From NCBI GenBank assembly GCA_964188305.1, contig OZ076888.1: a stretch of DNA of 64,000 nucleotides. One strand, 5' to 3'. The notes below the pieces were generated by a model. The model was not told the origin of the DNA. It searched no databases and worked only from the letters and a program-made list of their open reading frames with translations. The translations under genes were made by a program, and so were the position numbers. Position 1 is the stretch's first letter, and each line of letters opens with the position of its first letter. This document shows, piece by piece, positions 48,501-59,409 of the stretch. This DNA is from Podarcis bocagei. Taxonomy: Eukaryota.

Positions 48501-51500
48501 CCCAGCACCTCCCATTGTAGCCACCTCTATTTCCAAGGGCTAGTCGGCTAGGAACTTTCCCTTCTTGCTTTAAGACACTGGGTTCCATTGGTGGGTCACA
48601 AGGAGATCTCTGAGGGTTATCTGGGAAAACACAAGAAGTGGCAAGTTAAAACAGCAGCAACAGGAAGAGGAGGATTTCAAAGGCAGGTGTAACTTTGGCA
48701 GACAGGAGACAGTAGTGGATAATCACAGGCTTTAGTACTGTTGCCCTCTCTTTCCCACATGGAAAAGAAAAACAGAAATTGTGAGCGCACACTGCAATTA
48801 GAATCGGATTCCGTGAAGGCAAGGAAGATGTCATTCATTTTTTATTCTGCATCACACTTGCATAATAGCAGAAGAACTTGACAACCTATGAGACTAGAAC
48901 AAATATACAGGCAAATGAAAAAAAAAATCTGACAGCAACCCATTTCTTTCGTTTCTCCTTCCACTGGTAATTAGAAGACAGCTGTGATCCTGTGGAACAG
49001 TAAGTCATACCTTGGGAGCTCTTTTCCAAAAAGGGTTCCGAAGTGTTGCTCTGGACAGCAGTGGTTACCCCTGCTTGTTGCGTAACGGGTGTTCCTGGGA
49101 GGTGCTGAATGGGCGCAGCTGATTGGGTAGCATGTTTGGAAGGAGATTTCTGATTGGCTACTGTGGGCTTGCTGGACGAGTAGAATGAACTTAGAGTCTG
49201 AGGCTTGTGTGTTTGGCTCTCCCTGTCCAACAGCTTATCCAAGATCTTTAAACAGAGAGTGGAACAACATGAAAGTTAGCATCTAAACAAAGGAAATGTC
49301 AGGAGAGTGGGAATGGGGAATTAGATATGAACAGGGGAGTTCTCCGAAGACTGCAGAGGGGGGAATTAAGTTTATTACAATCAAGAGAAGCAGAAAGAAG
49401 CAAGAAGAAAGATCCTTTCGGCAGGAAGAAGACGGAAGCGGTTTGCCATACTGCTGAATAGCTCAACCTCTTTTGTTTATGAATTTTGCAAACATATTCA
49501 TACCCACTACCAGGAATAAACATCTAAAAATCAGGAATAAACATCTAAAATCCTTTTAGGAAATCAGTTTGATCCACTATCTTCAGGTGCCATTGAGAAA
49601 CAACTACGATTGACACAGGACCCAGCATAGATATGGCCTCTTGGGAGAAATTGTGGAAAATAACAATAAACTTCTCAGCATGCTATACTCTTAAAAGAGA
49701 ACCTACAAAAGATGATATATAGGTGGTACCTCACCCCTAGTAAACTTGTAAAAATGTATTAAAAGGGAACCAATTTATGTTGGAAATGTGAGGCGATTGA
49801 AAGGACATTTATACACATGTGGTGGGGTTGCACGAAAGCCAAAAAGTATTGGGAGATGATATACTCAGAATTAAAAAAGATGTTAAGGGTCTCATTTCCC
49901 AAGAAACCAGAGATGTTCTTATTGAGTATAGTAAAGGGGGAAATACCCAAGAAAGTACATATCTTTTCCTCTACGCAATAACAGTGGCCAAAATAATTTA
50001 TGCCCAAAGGTGGAAGAACAAAAATAGTCCCCCCAAAATAGACTGGCAGAATAAGCTAATAGAATACGTGGAGACAGCAATGCTGACTGCCAAGGTAAGA
50101 AATCAAGGTGAGTCGAACAGTGGGAATACTTTGGCAAGTATTTAAAGAAATATAACAATCAGATAAGCTTCCAAGTGGGGTTAGATATATGAGCAGCAGT
50201 TAAAATAAGTAGAAGAAGGGTGGTAATAAAGAAGATGAAGCTTAAAAAGGACCAAATAAGACCCCACGGAAGTCAAAGAGTAAGATAAACAATGGCAATT
50301 GTATAACTGATGTATTAAGATATGTAAAATGCATAAATAAAATTTATGCAGAGAGAGAGAAACTACTACATTGTATGATGAAAAAAATGCACTATGCTCA
50401 GATACCATTAAACAGCCTAAGGTCTGAGTATCTCCAAATGGGACATACTTTTTTTAGCTTAGATTGGTCATCCTTGTAAGTGATCATCAGGGCTAGAGCG
50501 AGATCTCCCTTCTCCCTTCGGGTGCCTTCACACAACAGAGGGTGCTCTGCTTCACTCACTGTCGTCTTCATGCCTGGAAGGCAGAGTACAGAATTCAAAC
50601 ATTTATCCTGCTTGTTTTATATAATCTCTCCATTTATTTAAGTTAAGTAATAAACCATCAATTATGCTTCCCCATAGCAACATCTGTTCCCTGTGAGGCA
50701 TCAGGCTTCTCCTTATTACCATTACATATTAAGCTAAGAAGAAAAATTAAGTTCTAGGTGACTTGGCAGGATGACCAAAGCTACATCTCTTCATCAGTGA
50801 GAGATGAGACCTGGCATAAGAAAGAGAAGCTAAGCACTCACCAAGAGCAGCGACAGCTGCCTCAAAACCTAGCTCCTCATCTCCAGGCATTTCATTATTC
50901 CAATTACGGCTTGGAGGTCTGGATCCTGTAGGAGAAACCACTGGGGAAAAGAAAGATGGCAAATCAATAGCCAGCTCTATCATGCAAGGATTGCCTAGAC
51001 TGGTAAAAATTTCACAGACTTATGAAGATAATAGTCTAAAGCATTGCTTTCTAATGTAAACTAACCTCTATCAAGACCTAGATCTTGGGATTTTGCTCAA
51101 TTCTATTCTATAAAATAAATCTGTTTATTAAATTAACACAACCAAGCATTCTTAAAAGGCCACAAAAGCATCAGACACCTAATCTGCTGGCATCCATTTG
51201 TCTTGGGAGACAATGAAGGAGTTCACCTACACCTAATCACAGGTTTGATATTTGTGAAGACTAGAAAGGAAAAGGTGGGTGGGGGGAGTTACAAAGTAGA
51301 ATGAATTAATTTGGCAAGGCTGCTAGTATAGTAAAGCTGGAAACAGGACTGCAGTCACCACAAGGAAGTGTTTATGTCCTTAAAATTCCATCCTGAAAAC
51401 TACGGAATTTGTTCTTGGATCCGGTGGTTTACCTGGGCAAAACCTGCAGCAGAAGTTCAGTACTGACTGAAACTGGCCATGTTTTGAGAATATGGACATA

Positions 51501-54500
51501 GTCCCTGAACTTGCTATGTAACTGCAGGGTTCAAGGAAGCTTCCGGACATTGGATGGGGCAGGACAGCTATGTAGTCCATGAGATTAATCAAGAGCTCAG
51601 CTCAGGTAAGCTCTACAGCCCAACTGAAGGTTCCATTTATATGTGTCTGTTGTAAAAGGTCCAGCCCTTGCAACTGAGTTAAGTGCTTCCAGAGCTCTCA
51701 TGCATGAGAGTTTGGGCAGTACTGGAGATCCACATTCATTATGTGCAGGATGATCTCACACATACAAGGGCTAAGTGGCTTCTATAAAGGCATGGGACTA
51801 TGGAGTTTGTTCTGTAGAAGTCTGTCCCCAAGATTTAGGAAGAGAAGCAATTCATCATACACCCTTTCCCAAAGATTTGGCATGTACAGATTCCTCTTCT
51901 TTAGACAAATCTGAAGGGCTTTACCTGGCGTGCATAAGACATCAAATATGAAGCTGGCCAGCATAAGAGGCAAGACAGGGCGGTAATCACACAGGGTTCC
52001 TTCCCTCAGCTCTTCAGCTCTTCCCCGAATAGTGTTCATCTCATTAGAGCCAAGTGGAATTTTCTTCAACAAGGCCACAATTTCAGACTCCTGATATGCC
52101 AGCTTCACCTGTGTGTGACACAAAAGCCAGAAATAAAACAAATCCACAGGGCCTCTCTACAGCAGCAGCAGAAGAAGAAGAGTTTGGATTTGATATCCCG
52201 CCTTTCACTCCCTTTAAGGAGTCTCAAAGCGGCTAACATTCTCCTTTCCCTTCCTCCCCCACAACAAACACTCTGTGAGGTGAGTGGGGCTGAGAGACTT
52301 CAAAGAAGTGTGACTGGCCCAAGGTCACCCAGCAGCTGCATGTGGAGGAGTGGAGACGCGAACCTGGTTCCCCAGATTACGTGTCTATTGCTCTTAACCA
52401 CTACACCACACTGGCTCTTAACCACTACACCACACAGAGACACTGGATAAAAAAAGTAACACAAAAGTGCTTTAAATGATGCACAAAAAACATCACTGAG
52501 CCTCCATTTTCTCAGATCAAGCAACAGTGGCTAAGAGTTAAAGGCTGCCTCTTACCCACGGGCTACCAGGAAACTCCCTGACCTTGGTTTTCTGTAACGT
52601 CACATCAAAGTCCATCTAAGCACACACTTACCTCCAAAGCCTTGGTAGAAGCTGGCGGCCTCTGCAGCTCCAGAGCAAACATGCCAATCTGGAAGGCTAG
52701 ATTGTGGTATTCCTGCCGTTCACTCAGCACAGTCAGCAGGAAAGCAGCTTTGGATAAGGTGTTTGTTGCCATCCATGTCTGTTTGCTGGTGGATACCTTG
52801 TTTTTCTTTCCCTGTGGGATAAACAGTTTAAACATAGGGAAACTGACAGACTAAGTTAGTTTCACTTTAAGTCCCACCTGAGTTTATGTGGAAAGTTAAG
52901 CATCATGACTTAAATGCTAACCCAGAAGCTTCATGGAAGAATCTGGTGGTGAGATAGCCCAAGAAAGTTCTGCATTCCAATGCAGTGAAGGGTGCTATCC
53001 GTTACATTTCCTAGTGCTACCATTTTAATTTTGTTGTAGCTCACATTGTACCATACCTTATACAGCATAAATTGTCATCTAGTACTATCTAGTTGCTTTG
53101 CAGAAGCCCTACTAATTCCGCCTCAGCTAGATTGTTTGCTTATACAGTGGTACCTTGGTTTACAAACTTAATCCGTTCCAGAAATCTGTTCTTAAACCAA
53201 AGCGTTCTTCAACCAAGGCATGCTTTCCCATAGCAGCAGGGGACTCAATTTACAAATGGAACACACTCAACAGGAAGCAAAACATGTTCTTATTCCAAGG
53301 CAAAGTTTACAAACCAAAACACATACTTCTAGATTTGCAGCATTCTTAAACAAAGTTGTTCATAAACTAAGCTTTTCTTAAACCAAGGTACCACTGTACA
53401 GCTCTTTAATAGCCTTTTCCTGAATAAACTGGGGGGCGGGGGTTAACAGACCTGTAATTTTGTGACTCAATTAATAAAAAGATCTGCACTACACTGTGCT
53501 GTTGAACTTTTCACACCGAATTAAGAAGGCTGATTTTAATGAAAAGTTGCATATTTTTAATTAGGAGATTAGTAATTTCACGGTTAAGAACCCAACCTAG
53601 TGACTTGCTAATTGGTAATTTGTCAGATGGCCCTAGAAATGTATCTGGTCTCCTCGATTTCACAGGACATCTCCATTAAAAAAGCAGCTGAGGCATGAGT
53701 ATGCATCCAATAGTTCCCACAATCAAAACGGATGCGGCTGATGAATTCATTCAGCTTTTCTGCAAGAGTTCATCTGCATAGAACAACAATTCCACTGTGT
53801 GAAGCATTAAAATTATGACTACTTGGTATATCTTGTGATTAGATACAAATGGGACTGGTTACAGAATTCGGGATCCTGAGAATTCAACACACTCTTTAAT
53901 TAAAGGTAAAGGTAAAGGGACCCCTGACCATTAGGTCCAGTCATGACCGACTCTGGGGTTGGGACGCTCATCTCGCTTTACTGGCCGAGGAAGCCGGCGT
54001 GCAGCTTCCGGGTCATGTGGCCAGCATGACTAAGTCGCTTCTGGTGAACCAGAGCAGCGCACGGAAACGCCGTTTACCTTCCCGCCAGAACGGTACCTAT
54101 TTATCTACTTGCACTTTGACGTACTTTAGAACTGCTAGTTGGCAGGAGCAGGGACCGAGCAACGGGAGCTCACCCCGTTGCGGGGATTCGAACCACCAAC
54201 CTTCTGATCGGCAAGTCCTAGGCTCTGTGGTTTAACCCACAGCGCCACCCATGTCCCCTACACTCTTTAATTAACATGGTTCTAGTCATTATGCAGATAA
54301 TGAAATCTCTATCATCAAAGAAAAATTCAGCAAGAGTGTACCTTAGGCAAACTATGTCAGTTTATATGAACTGAGTTACTTTTACAGATTTTTTTTTTTT
54401 AAGAGCTGAGCAAAGAGGTCAAAGAAAATTGCCTTTGACTCTGGGCAATATTACATACAGTATTTGTCCACAGCAAAGCATAGCTCTGAAAGAGAAACCA

Positions 54501-57500
54501 CTTCTGACCTGCTGTTATACTACACTTCCCCCTTCCATTCAAACAGTCCCCATAGCAGCTCTGTACCTTGGTTGGGGGCTGTTCCACTTTGAGATCAGGA
54601 GGGTTGGCCAACAAGTCCTTGGCAAGCTCAACTGTGAGGCGACAGGCTTCATTGCTGTAACCATGTGCATAGAGAGCCTCCGCACAAGCAAACAGGATCT
54701 GTAAATGAAGGGTTGCAAACAGAACAGACCCAGTCCTTGCTTTTTCAGATCATCAATACAGAGTTTATTGTAAAAACAAACTGCCTCGGGGATGACTTTA
54801 CAGAATACAATTTAGGGCCCACGACTCAGCCTAGGAGTTATTTCTTTATTTTTTATTTCCATCACTGAGTTGCATTCTTATTGAGGGGGCGATAAGGGAG
54901 GGAAATCTCTTGCAAATAACCAAGTACCAAAGACCTCAGGTATAGGTACTGTCACGGGCATAGAGGGTTATTGTAGCATACTGGCCAAGACAATGAGCCA
55001 GAAAGTTTCTGTGTTAAATACCACCTCAGCAACTACCTCATTAGGTGGCTGCATGTCACTACTCTAGCCTCACATTTGCAACTATGACAATGTATGCTGC
55101 TGATTTAGAAGATCACTGGCCTTCATAGCGCAGCACTGTCCACCGAATCTGCCTTGCAGCAGTTCTACGGTGTCAGCAGAAGTATTTCCTAGCCCTGCTA
55201 CCTATGATCCACCTTTAAGGAAGATGCTAGGGACTGGAACAAGGACCTTCTTTCTGCATACAAAGTGTGTGCTCTACAGCTGGACAGGAGGCGGGGGGGG
55301 TCTTCCCTATAACATTAACCTACCTTACAGAGCGGTTTGCAAGAAGCAACATATGCAAAGTTGCTCAAAAAATGCTACATAAATGCTACACGTCGTTAAA
55401 ATGTGAAACACGACTGAAACATATCCTGTTCTTTTCCAAGGCATACCGTTACAATCAATTATTTGGAGGGACAGAAGAAACAATCCATAATCAACACACA
55501 AATCATAAATTGTACAACATTTCCTCTTGGCTTTATAGATCTTATCCCTTGGCTGTAAGCAGGAGGTGAGCTTTGGCACTTCCCTGAACTTGTATACATT
55601 TGCAGGAGCCTAGACAGACAGATTTTTGTAGGTGATTTTACACACATGCTCCCCTTACCTCCATGCGGTTTTCCTGCTCCAAGGGCTTTATCCCAGCAAA
55701 TATGTCTTGTTCTTCTTCTACCCCTCCCTCAGCCTTGTCATCCTCTTCCTTAGCAACCTCCTGGGGATTCAGATAGTACACCTGGTAGTCGTCTTCCTCC
55801 TCTTCTCCTCCTCCTCCAGCAGCACCATTCTCCCCCACTTCCTTGGGCTTCAAACTCACCCCACCAGTACTTTCATCAGGGCAAGGAATGTCATCGTCTC
55901 CACTACCCACTTCCCCCACTGGGTCCTTTGGGTTCTTCTTGCTGGATGGACTACTCCTGAGGGTGGGCTCAGTTGCCTCTGAGAAATACACCCCACCATC
56001 ATCCTCAAAGGTATCCCTGTAACTTCTGCTCAACGGACTGTCTGTGAAGCTGAATGTGTTGCTAGCCTCGGCGCCAAGGGCCAAACTGCTGTCATCTAAA
56101 GCCAACTCGGCCAAGTCCGGTTCCAGAGAGCTGTCCTCGCTACTCATGCGACGCTTCCCGCTATGTTTGCTGGCCAAGGTCTTTCCCACTGGAAGCTTGC
56201 CGCCCTTGTTCACAGCCGTCTTGTATGCAGCTTTATCGCCTTCGGCTGAAAGTCTTCTAAGAACCCGCTGGGGACCTTCAGACACAACTTTCCGCTTCCC
56301 AATGAGTTCTTTGGGGCGCACAGCGGGCTCCTGAGAGGCAGGGCGTGACCGATCCCCTAGTTGCAAGCACGTCCCCGAAACATCCAGACCATGAGCTCTC
56401 CCCGTTTCACAGATGGTTTCTCCACACTGCGGTCGGCAGTTTCGCTGCTGGATGGCCTTTACCCAACAAAAGGAGTTCTTCTTGTCAGCATTGCTGTACG
56501 TGATGCCTGGAATTGGATAGGCCTCCTCCCAGTTGAAGTAGCAAGCTTCCACAGCTGGCTTGAACCCCTGGAACAGTTTCTCGAGGGATTTTTTGTGCTG
56601 TCCCCTTTTGACGTTGTCTATTACCTTCAATTGCCACTGCCTCAGCTGTGTGCATAAATCTCTCCGCCTAGCATCACAGGGGAGAAGGAACATGTAAGTG
56701 GCACAGAGGAGCTACAAAGCAAGATTTCCAGATTTATTATTTGCTCTCCATTGGAGATACAGTGGAACCTCGGTTTACGTACCGTCCTCCTTATGAATGC
56801 TTCGGGTAACGAGCTCTGCTAACCAGGAAGTGGATGCCCCTAGTTGCGAACTTTGCCCCAGGATGCGAGCGGAAGTCGCGCGCCAGCAGCGGGAGGCCCC
56901 ATTAGCAAAATTAAGAACAGTTTTGGCTTAAGAACAGACCTCCAGAACGAATTAAGTTCGTAACCGGAGGTACCACTGTACTAAATTCAGATCCTCCTTA
57001 CAAACTTTCCTTTGTTACTTTTATCACTGAGCTGTGATGAGGAGTTACACAGCCAATTCAGATTTCTTAATACTCTTGACTGCATTTATATCAGACAGCA
57101 TTAAGCCTCAGATGATCAAGAACATATAAAGCTGTCTTACGCATAGAAGAAGAAGAAGAGGAGTTTGGATTTGATATCCCGCCTTTCACTCCCTTTAAGG
57201 AGTCTCAAAGCGGCTAACATTCTCCTTTCCCTTAGACAGACCATTTGACAACCTTGCTTAATAGTGTTTACTCTGCCTCAAAATAACTCTCCAAAGATTC
57301 AGACAGGGGCTTTTCCTACCCCTGCTACGTCAGATATTTTAATAAAAAAATGCTGGCAACGCATGTGCTCTCATTCCCACTGAAGTAACTCTGAGGGTTG
57401 TAAACAGTGTCTGCATCCATCCTCTGCTAATATGGTAGTCAGAGGTCTCCAAGCAAGCTTTTAACAAGTACCACAAATTGATCCCTCTTTCATGCTTTAA

Positions 57501-58483
57501 TATAATCTTCTTTTCTTGGTAGCAAAACCCAACAGTATGATAAGCAAACACCATCCACCATTACTATGTATCAGAAGTATAGAGGGCTACGAAGCAATGC
57601 AAGGCCAAAGAAGCACAGGATACAATGGGAACGCAGTATGGGAGTTTTGATGGCAATCTTCCCTCCACCCTCTGCATGTTTTGGATCTGTAACTACTTCA
57701 AACCTAAATATTTCAAACACAGAAGATATAGATCCATTAATGGGCTGGTTGTCAAGATGGCACATTTTACAGCTTCATTAAGGTCTGATCCCACTACCTA
57801 CCGATGAGGGCTGATGGTCGGATCCAAGACAGCAAGCCTCCAGAGAACCACCATCTCATCGCACATGCTTGCACAAGCATGAGCAGCCACTTCTGACTGG
57901 CCATTGCTACGGCCAGTGTGCCCACTTGCACTGCTATGGGATGCAGATGTCCTTACACTGTACCACCAGCCAGTTATCTGTAGAGAGAGGATGCAGACAT
58001 GTCAAGACGCATAATTCCACGCTTAACAGACATCAAGGGAAGTACACCTTTGCCTTACTAAAAAGTATCTGCCCTAAAAATAATACTGCACTGCTTTTCT
58101 GCAGGATGTTCACAGCTGGGTCAAGAAGTCTTGATACCTCAATATCCCCCAAGGCTTACTACATTGTCATCATGCCCTTCCCCTCCCCAACGCACTGTGA
58201 ATCAAATCACTTTTGTGGACTGTCCTCAGAATTCTTCACAAGTCATGGTATAAATGCCTTAAATAATATATATAATAGTACCTGTTCGTAGGTCAGGCAC
58301 TGGTCTGTTAGAATTTCTAGCAGAGGGGCTGCATTGGTGTCCCGTCTCTTGAACATCTCCCGAACAATAGAAAGTAAGTTCCAGATGCCCTCCGGCTCCC
58401 TCCCCCTCAGAGGACGCAAGAGACAGGCCCATTCGGCGGCAGCTGGGGGCTCCGTGGACGAAAGGTACATAGAGTTCACATCA
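29806..58483 (-). CDS. ZSWIM8: ZSWIM8, 3' portion (last 19 coding exons, ~1519 aa); 5' exons outside the window
   Basis: Exons join in phase. Characteristic C-terminus YIHHRLIHLTPADYDDFVNAIRSARSAFCLTPMGMMQFNDILQNLKRSKQTKDLWQRVSLEMTTFSP*. Tail-to-tail with NDST2. Confidence 0.96.
30571..30749 (-). CDS. ZSWIM8: ZSWIM8 penultimate exon (VNYVHQFC...CQQAYIQ)
   Basis: tgcag / gtaca boundaries, 179 nt. Confidence 0.95.
31712..31831 (-). CDS. ZSWIM8: ZSWIM8 exon (MLALEMLGRRAHNDHPNNF...GLAAKL)
   Basis: tgcag / gtaag boundaries, 120 nt. Confidence 0.95.
33102..33177. repeat. (TA)n/(CA)n microsatellite
   Basis: Read directly from sequence. Confidence 0.95.
33600..35300 (-). mobile_element. Possible heavily decayed retroelement relic (DIRS gag-like)
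   Basis: Coding-like composition with broken frames; only a weak resemblance. Confidence 0.25.
35447..35620 (-). CDS. ZSWIM8: ZSWIM8 exon (GSVHAGSTFPAIQG...HSAYRV)
   Basis: CAGTAG tandem acceptor / gtaag donor, 174 or 171 nt. Confidence 0.92.
36523..36565. repeat. (ATT)n microsatellite
   Basis: Read directly from sequence. Confidence 0.95.
37646..37814 (-). CDS. ZSWIM8: ZSWIM8 exon (GVHPAFIGAQYPYSV...LSSNVA)
   Basis: tgcag / gtgagt boundaries, 169 nt. Confidence 0.93.
38476..38958 (-). CDS. ZSWIM8: ZSWIM8 exon (DNLMLEKACLAVEEAAKGGGVYPE...SAYPQ)
   Basis: tacag / gtaagt boundaries, 483 nt. Confidence 0.95.
39181..39523 (+). mobile_element. Young L2-like LINE 3' end
   Basis: Encodes RAFSAVAPIWWNTLSQETRALRDLTSFRRACKTELFHQAF, then a 3' UTR and (ATT)n tail. 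Confidence 0.75.
41098..41321 (-). CDS. ZSWIM8: ZSWIM8 exon (QAMEIGSAAL...ALVQCKEQ)
   Basis: tctag / gtgag boundaries, 224 nt. Confidence 0.95.
43500..43789 (-). CDS. ZSWIM8: ZSWIM8 exon (YKGRRPESHAPHVPNQPSEAAAHF...HVSWIT)
   Basis: ttcag / gtagg boundaries, 290 nt. Confidence 0.95.
44125..44360 (-). mobile_element. L2-like LINE 3' fragment
   Basis: Shares sequence with 62360-62560 (gcagttca..aacataaaaatac; atgttaatcagccaaa). Confidence 0.6.
44655..44877 (-). CDS. ZSWIM8: ZSWIM8 exon (MASIDSSAPETTSDSSP...KTVEVGR)
   Basis: tgcag / gtaag boundaries, 223 nt. Confidence 0.93.
46615..47045 (+). mobile_element. CR1 LINE 3' fragment
   Basis: Translates to YCVQFWVPHFKK...LVQGKAARMV...YEERLK. Confidence 0.85.
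47425..47505 (-). mobile_element. Short CR1 RT fragment (EYCVQFWSPH)
   Basis: gaatactgtgtacagttctggtcaccccat on the minus strand. Confidence 0.75.
48468..48620 (-). CDS. ZSWIM8: ZSWIM8 exon (NPQRSPCD...KVPSRLALG...KKKHT)
   Basis: cccag / gtaact boundaries, 153 nt. Confidence 0.92.
49011..49245 (-). CDS. ZSWIM8: ZSWIM8 exon (ILDKLLDRESQTHKPQ...EKSSQ)
   Basis: taaag / gtatga boundaries, 235 nt. Confidence 0.92.
49580..50390 (+). mobile_element. L1 LINE 3' end (ORF2 cysteine-rich tail plus 3' UTR), decayed
   Basis: KENLQKMIYRWYLTPSKL...CWKCEAIERTFIHMWWGC...AKIIYAQRWK, with stops and frameshifts. Confidence 0.88.
50449..50573 (-). CDS. ZSWIM8: ZSWIM8 exon (MKTTVSEAEHPLLCEG...QSKLKK)
   Basis: tccag / gtatgt boundaries, 125 nt. 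Confidence 0.94.
50842..50940 (-). CDS. ZSWIM8: ZSWIM8 exon (VVSPTGSRPPSRNW...AAVAALG)
   Basis: cccag / gtgagt boundaries, 99 nt; internal alternative acceptor giving an exon start at 50925. Confidence 0.92.
51925..52108 (-). CDS. ZSWIM8: ZSWIM8 exon (VKLAYQESEI...IFDVLCTP)
   Basis: cacag / gtaaa boundaries, 184 nt. Confidence 0.94.
52171..52435 (-). mobile_element. tRNA-derived squamate SINE with (TTC)n tail
   Basis: tRNA-like head (gtgtggtgtagtggttaagag, locally duplicated); truncated second copy at 57146-57233. Confidence 0.8.
52632..52811 (-). CDS. ZSWIM8: ZSWIM8 exon (GKKNKVSTSKQTW...PASTKALE)
   Basis: cacag / gtaagt boundaries, 180 nt. Confidence 0.94.
53145..53396. mobile_element. 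Tc1/mariner MITE
   Basis: TA|CAGTGGTACCTTGGTTT...AAACCAAGGTACCACTG|TA. Confidence 0.88.
53904..54259 (-). mobile_element. Apparently full-length Sauria-type SINE
   Basis: tRNA-like head, ACCTTT tail, perfect 15-bp TSD acactctttaattaa. Confidence 0.9.
54567..54698 (-). CDS. ZSWIM8: ZSWIM8 exon (ILFACAEALYAHGY...VEQPPTK)
   Basis: tacag / gtaca boundaries, 132 nt. Confidence 0.93.
55659..56667 (-). CDS. ZSWIM8: ZSWIM8 large exon (RRDLCTQLRQWQLKVI...EQENRME)
   Basis: Lies within ORF 55638-56693; gctag / gtaag boundaries, 1009 nt. Confidence 0.94.
56760..56978. mobile_element. Tc1/mariner MITE
   Basis: TA|CAGTGGAACCTCGG...GGAGGTACCACTG|TA. Confidence 0.85.
57146..57233 (-). mobile_element. Truncated SINE 3' end (same family as 52171)
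   Basis: About 75 bp essentially identical to 52180-52252. Confidence 0.8.
57802..57977 (-). CDS. ZSWIM8: ZSWIM8 exon (ITGWWYSVRTSASH...VLDPTISPHR)
   Basis: tacag / gtagg boundaries, 176 nt. Confidence 0.94.
58282..58483 (-). CDS. ZSWIM8: ZSWIM8 exon (DVNSMYLSSTEPPAAAEW...LTYEQ)
   Basis: cacag / gtact boundaries, 202 nt. Confidence 0.94.
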
Positions 58484-59409
58484 CTGTGAAATTTGAGAAG
58501 ATAGAGGTTAGGAGGAAAAGTCAAGGTAACACACAGAAGCAGAATAGCTGTTGCTGTAACTCTAAAGGTGGAAAAGTTATTTTATAGCCTTCATCATCTC
58601 CAGCCTTCAGCCCAATAATGAGAGACCTAGCACTATTACTCCCATTTTTGCAAATGAACAACAGAGATGTACACTAGAGGCCAGTCATCACATCTACAGC
58701 TTATACAAGAACTCATATCTACCAGGTCCAACACTCTCAATTTTGCAGCACCCATATTAAAAGTTACATCATTTCACAGTAAAAAAAAATCCAACTAAAA
58801 ATAAAATATTGTTTGACACAGCTGTGTTGATGCTGATGAGTAAAAGGCAAACCTGAACAAGCTGGAGAAGGTTGTGTATTAGGCCAGTTACTTGAACTAT
58901 GGCTGTAAATGGCTTTCTTGGGTGAAAAATTTGCCTACGTTACACAAAGAATCTTATCCATCAAAGATAACTGAAACATATTAATCTGTCAATCCTGCGC
59001 TTTAGTCATCTGACCACAAATGCTATTAGGTCTCATATGTCTCCAGTAAATCCATCAGTATGTCCTATAACAACAAAATACTCCAACATGGCTACACATT
59101 GCTGGAAAGGATCGTTAAGAGATGGGTAAGCTGCAGTGCTGGTAAGACACTATATATATATATATATATATAATTATCTCTTCATTTAAGGACTCCTGAT
59201 ACATTTCCAGAGGGTTTGCTAGAACTCCTTTTGGAAACCATTGGAGTAAACTGAGTCCAATCTTTTATTTGTCAAAAGATTGTGGTTTCAGTCCGCTGCA
59301 TCAAAACACACAGTGGAATGGGAGACACCTGTTGACTAACGATATGAGGGAGCTTAAAGCAGCCATCCAAGTACACAAAGAATGTTAGATTTAACCCCTA
59401 AATTAAGCC

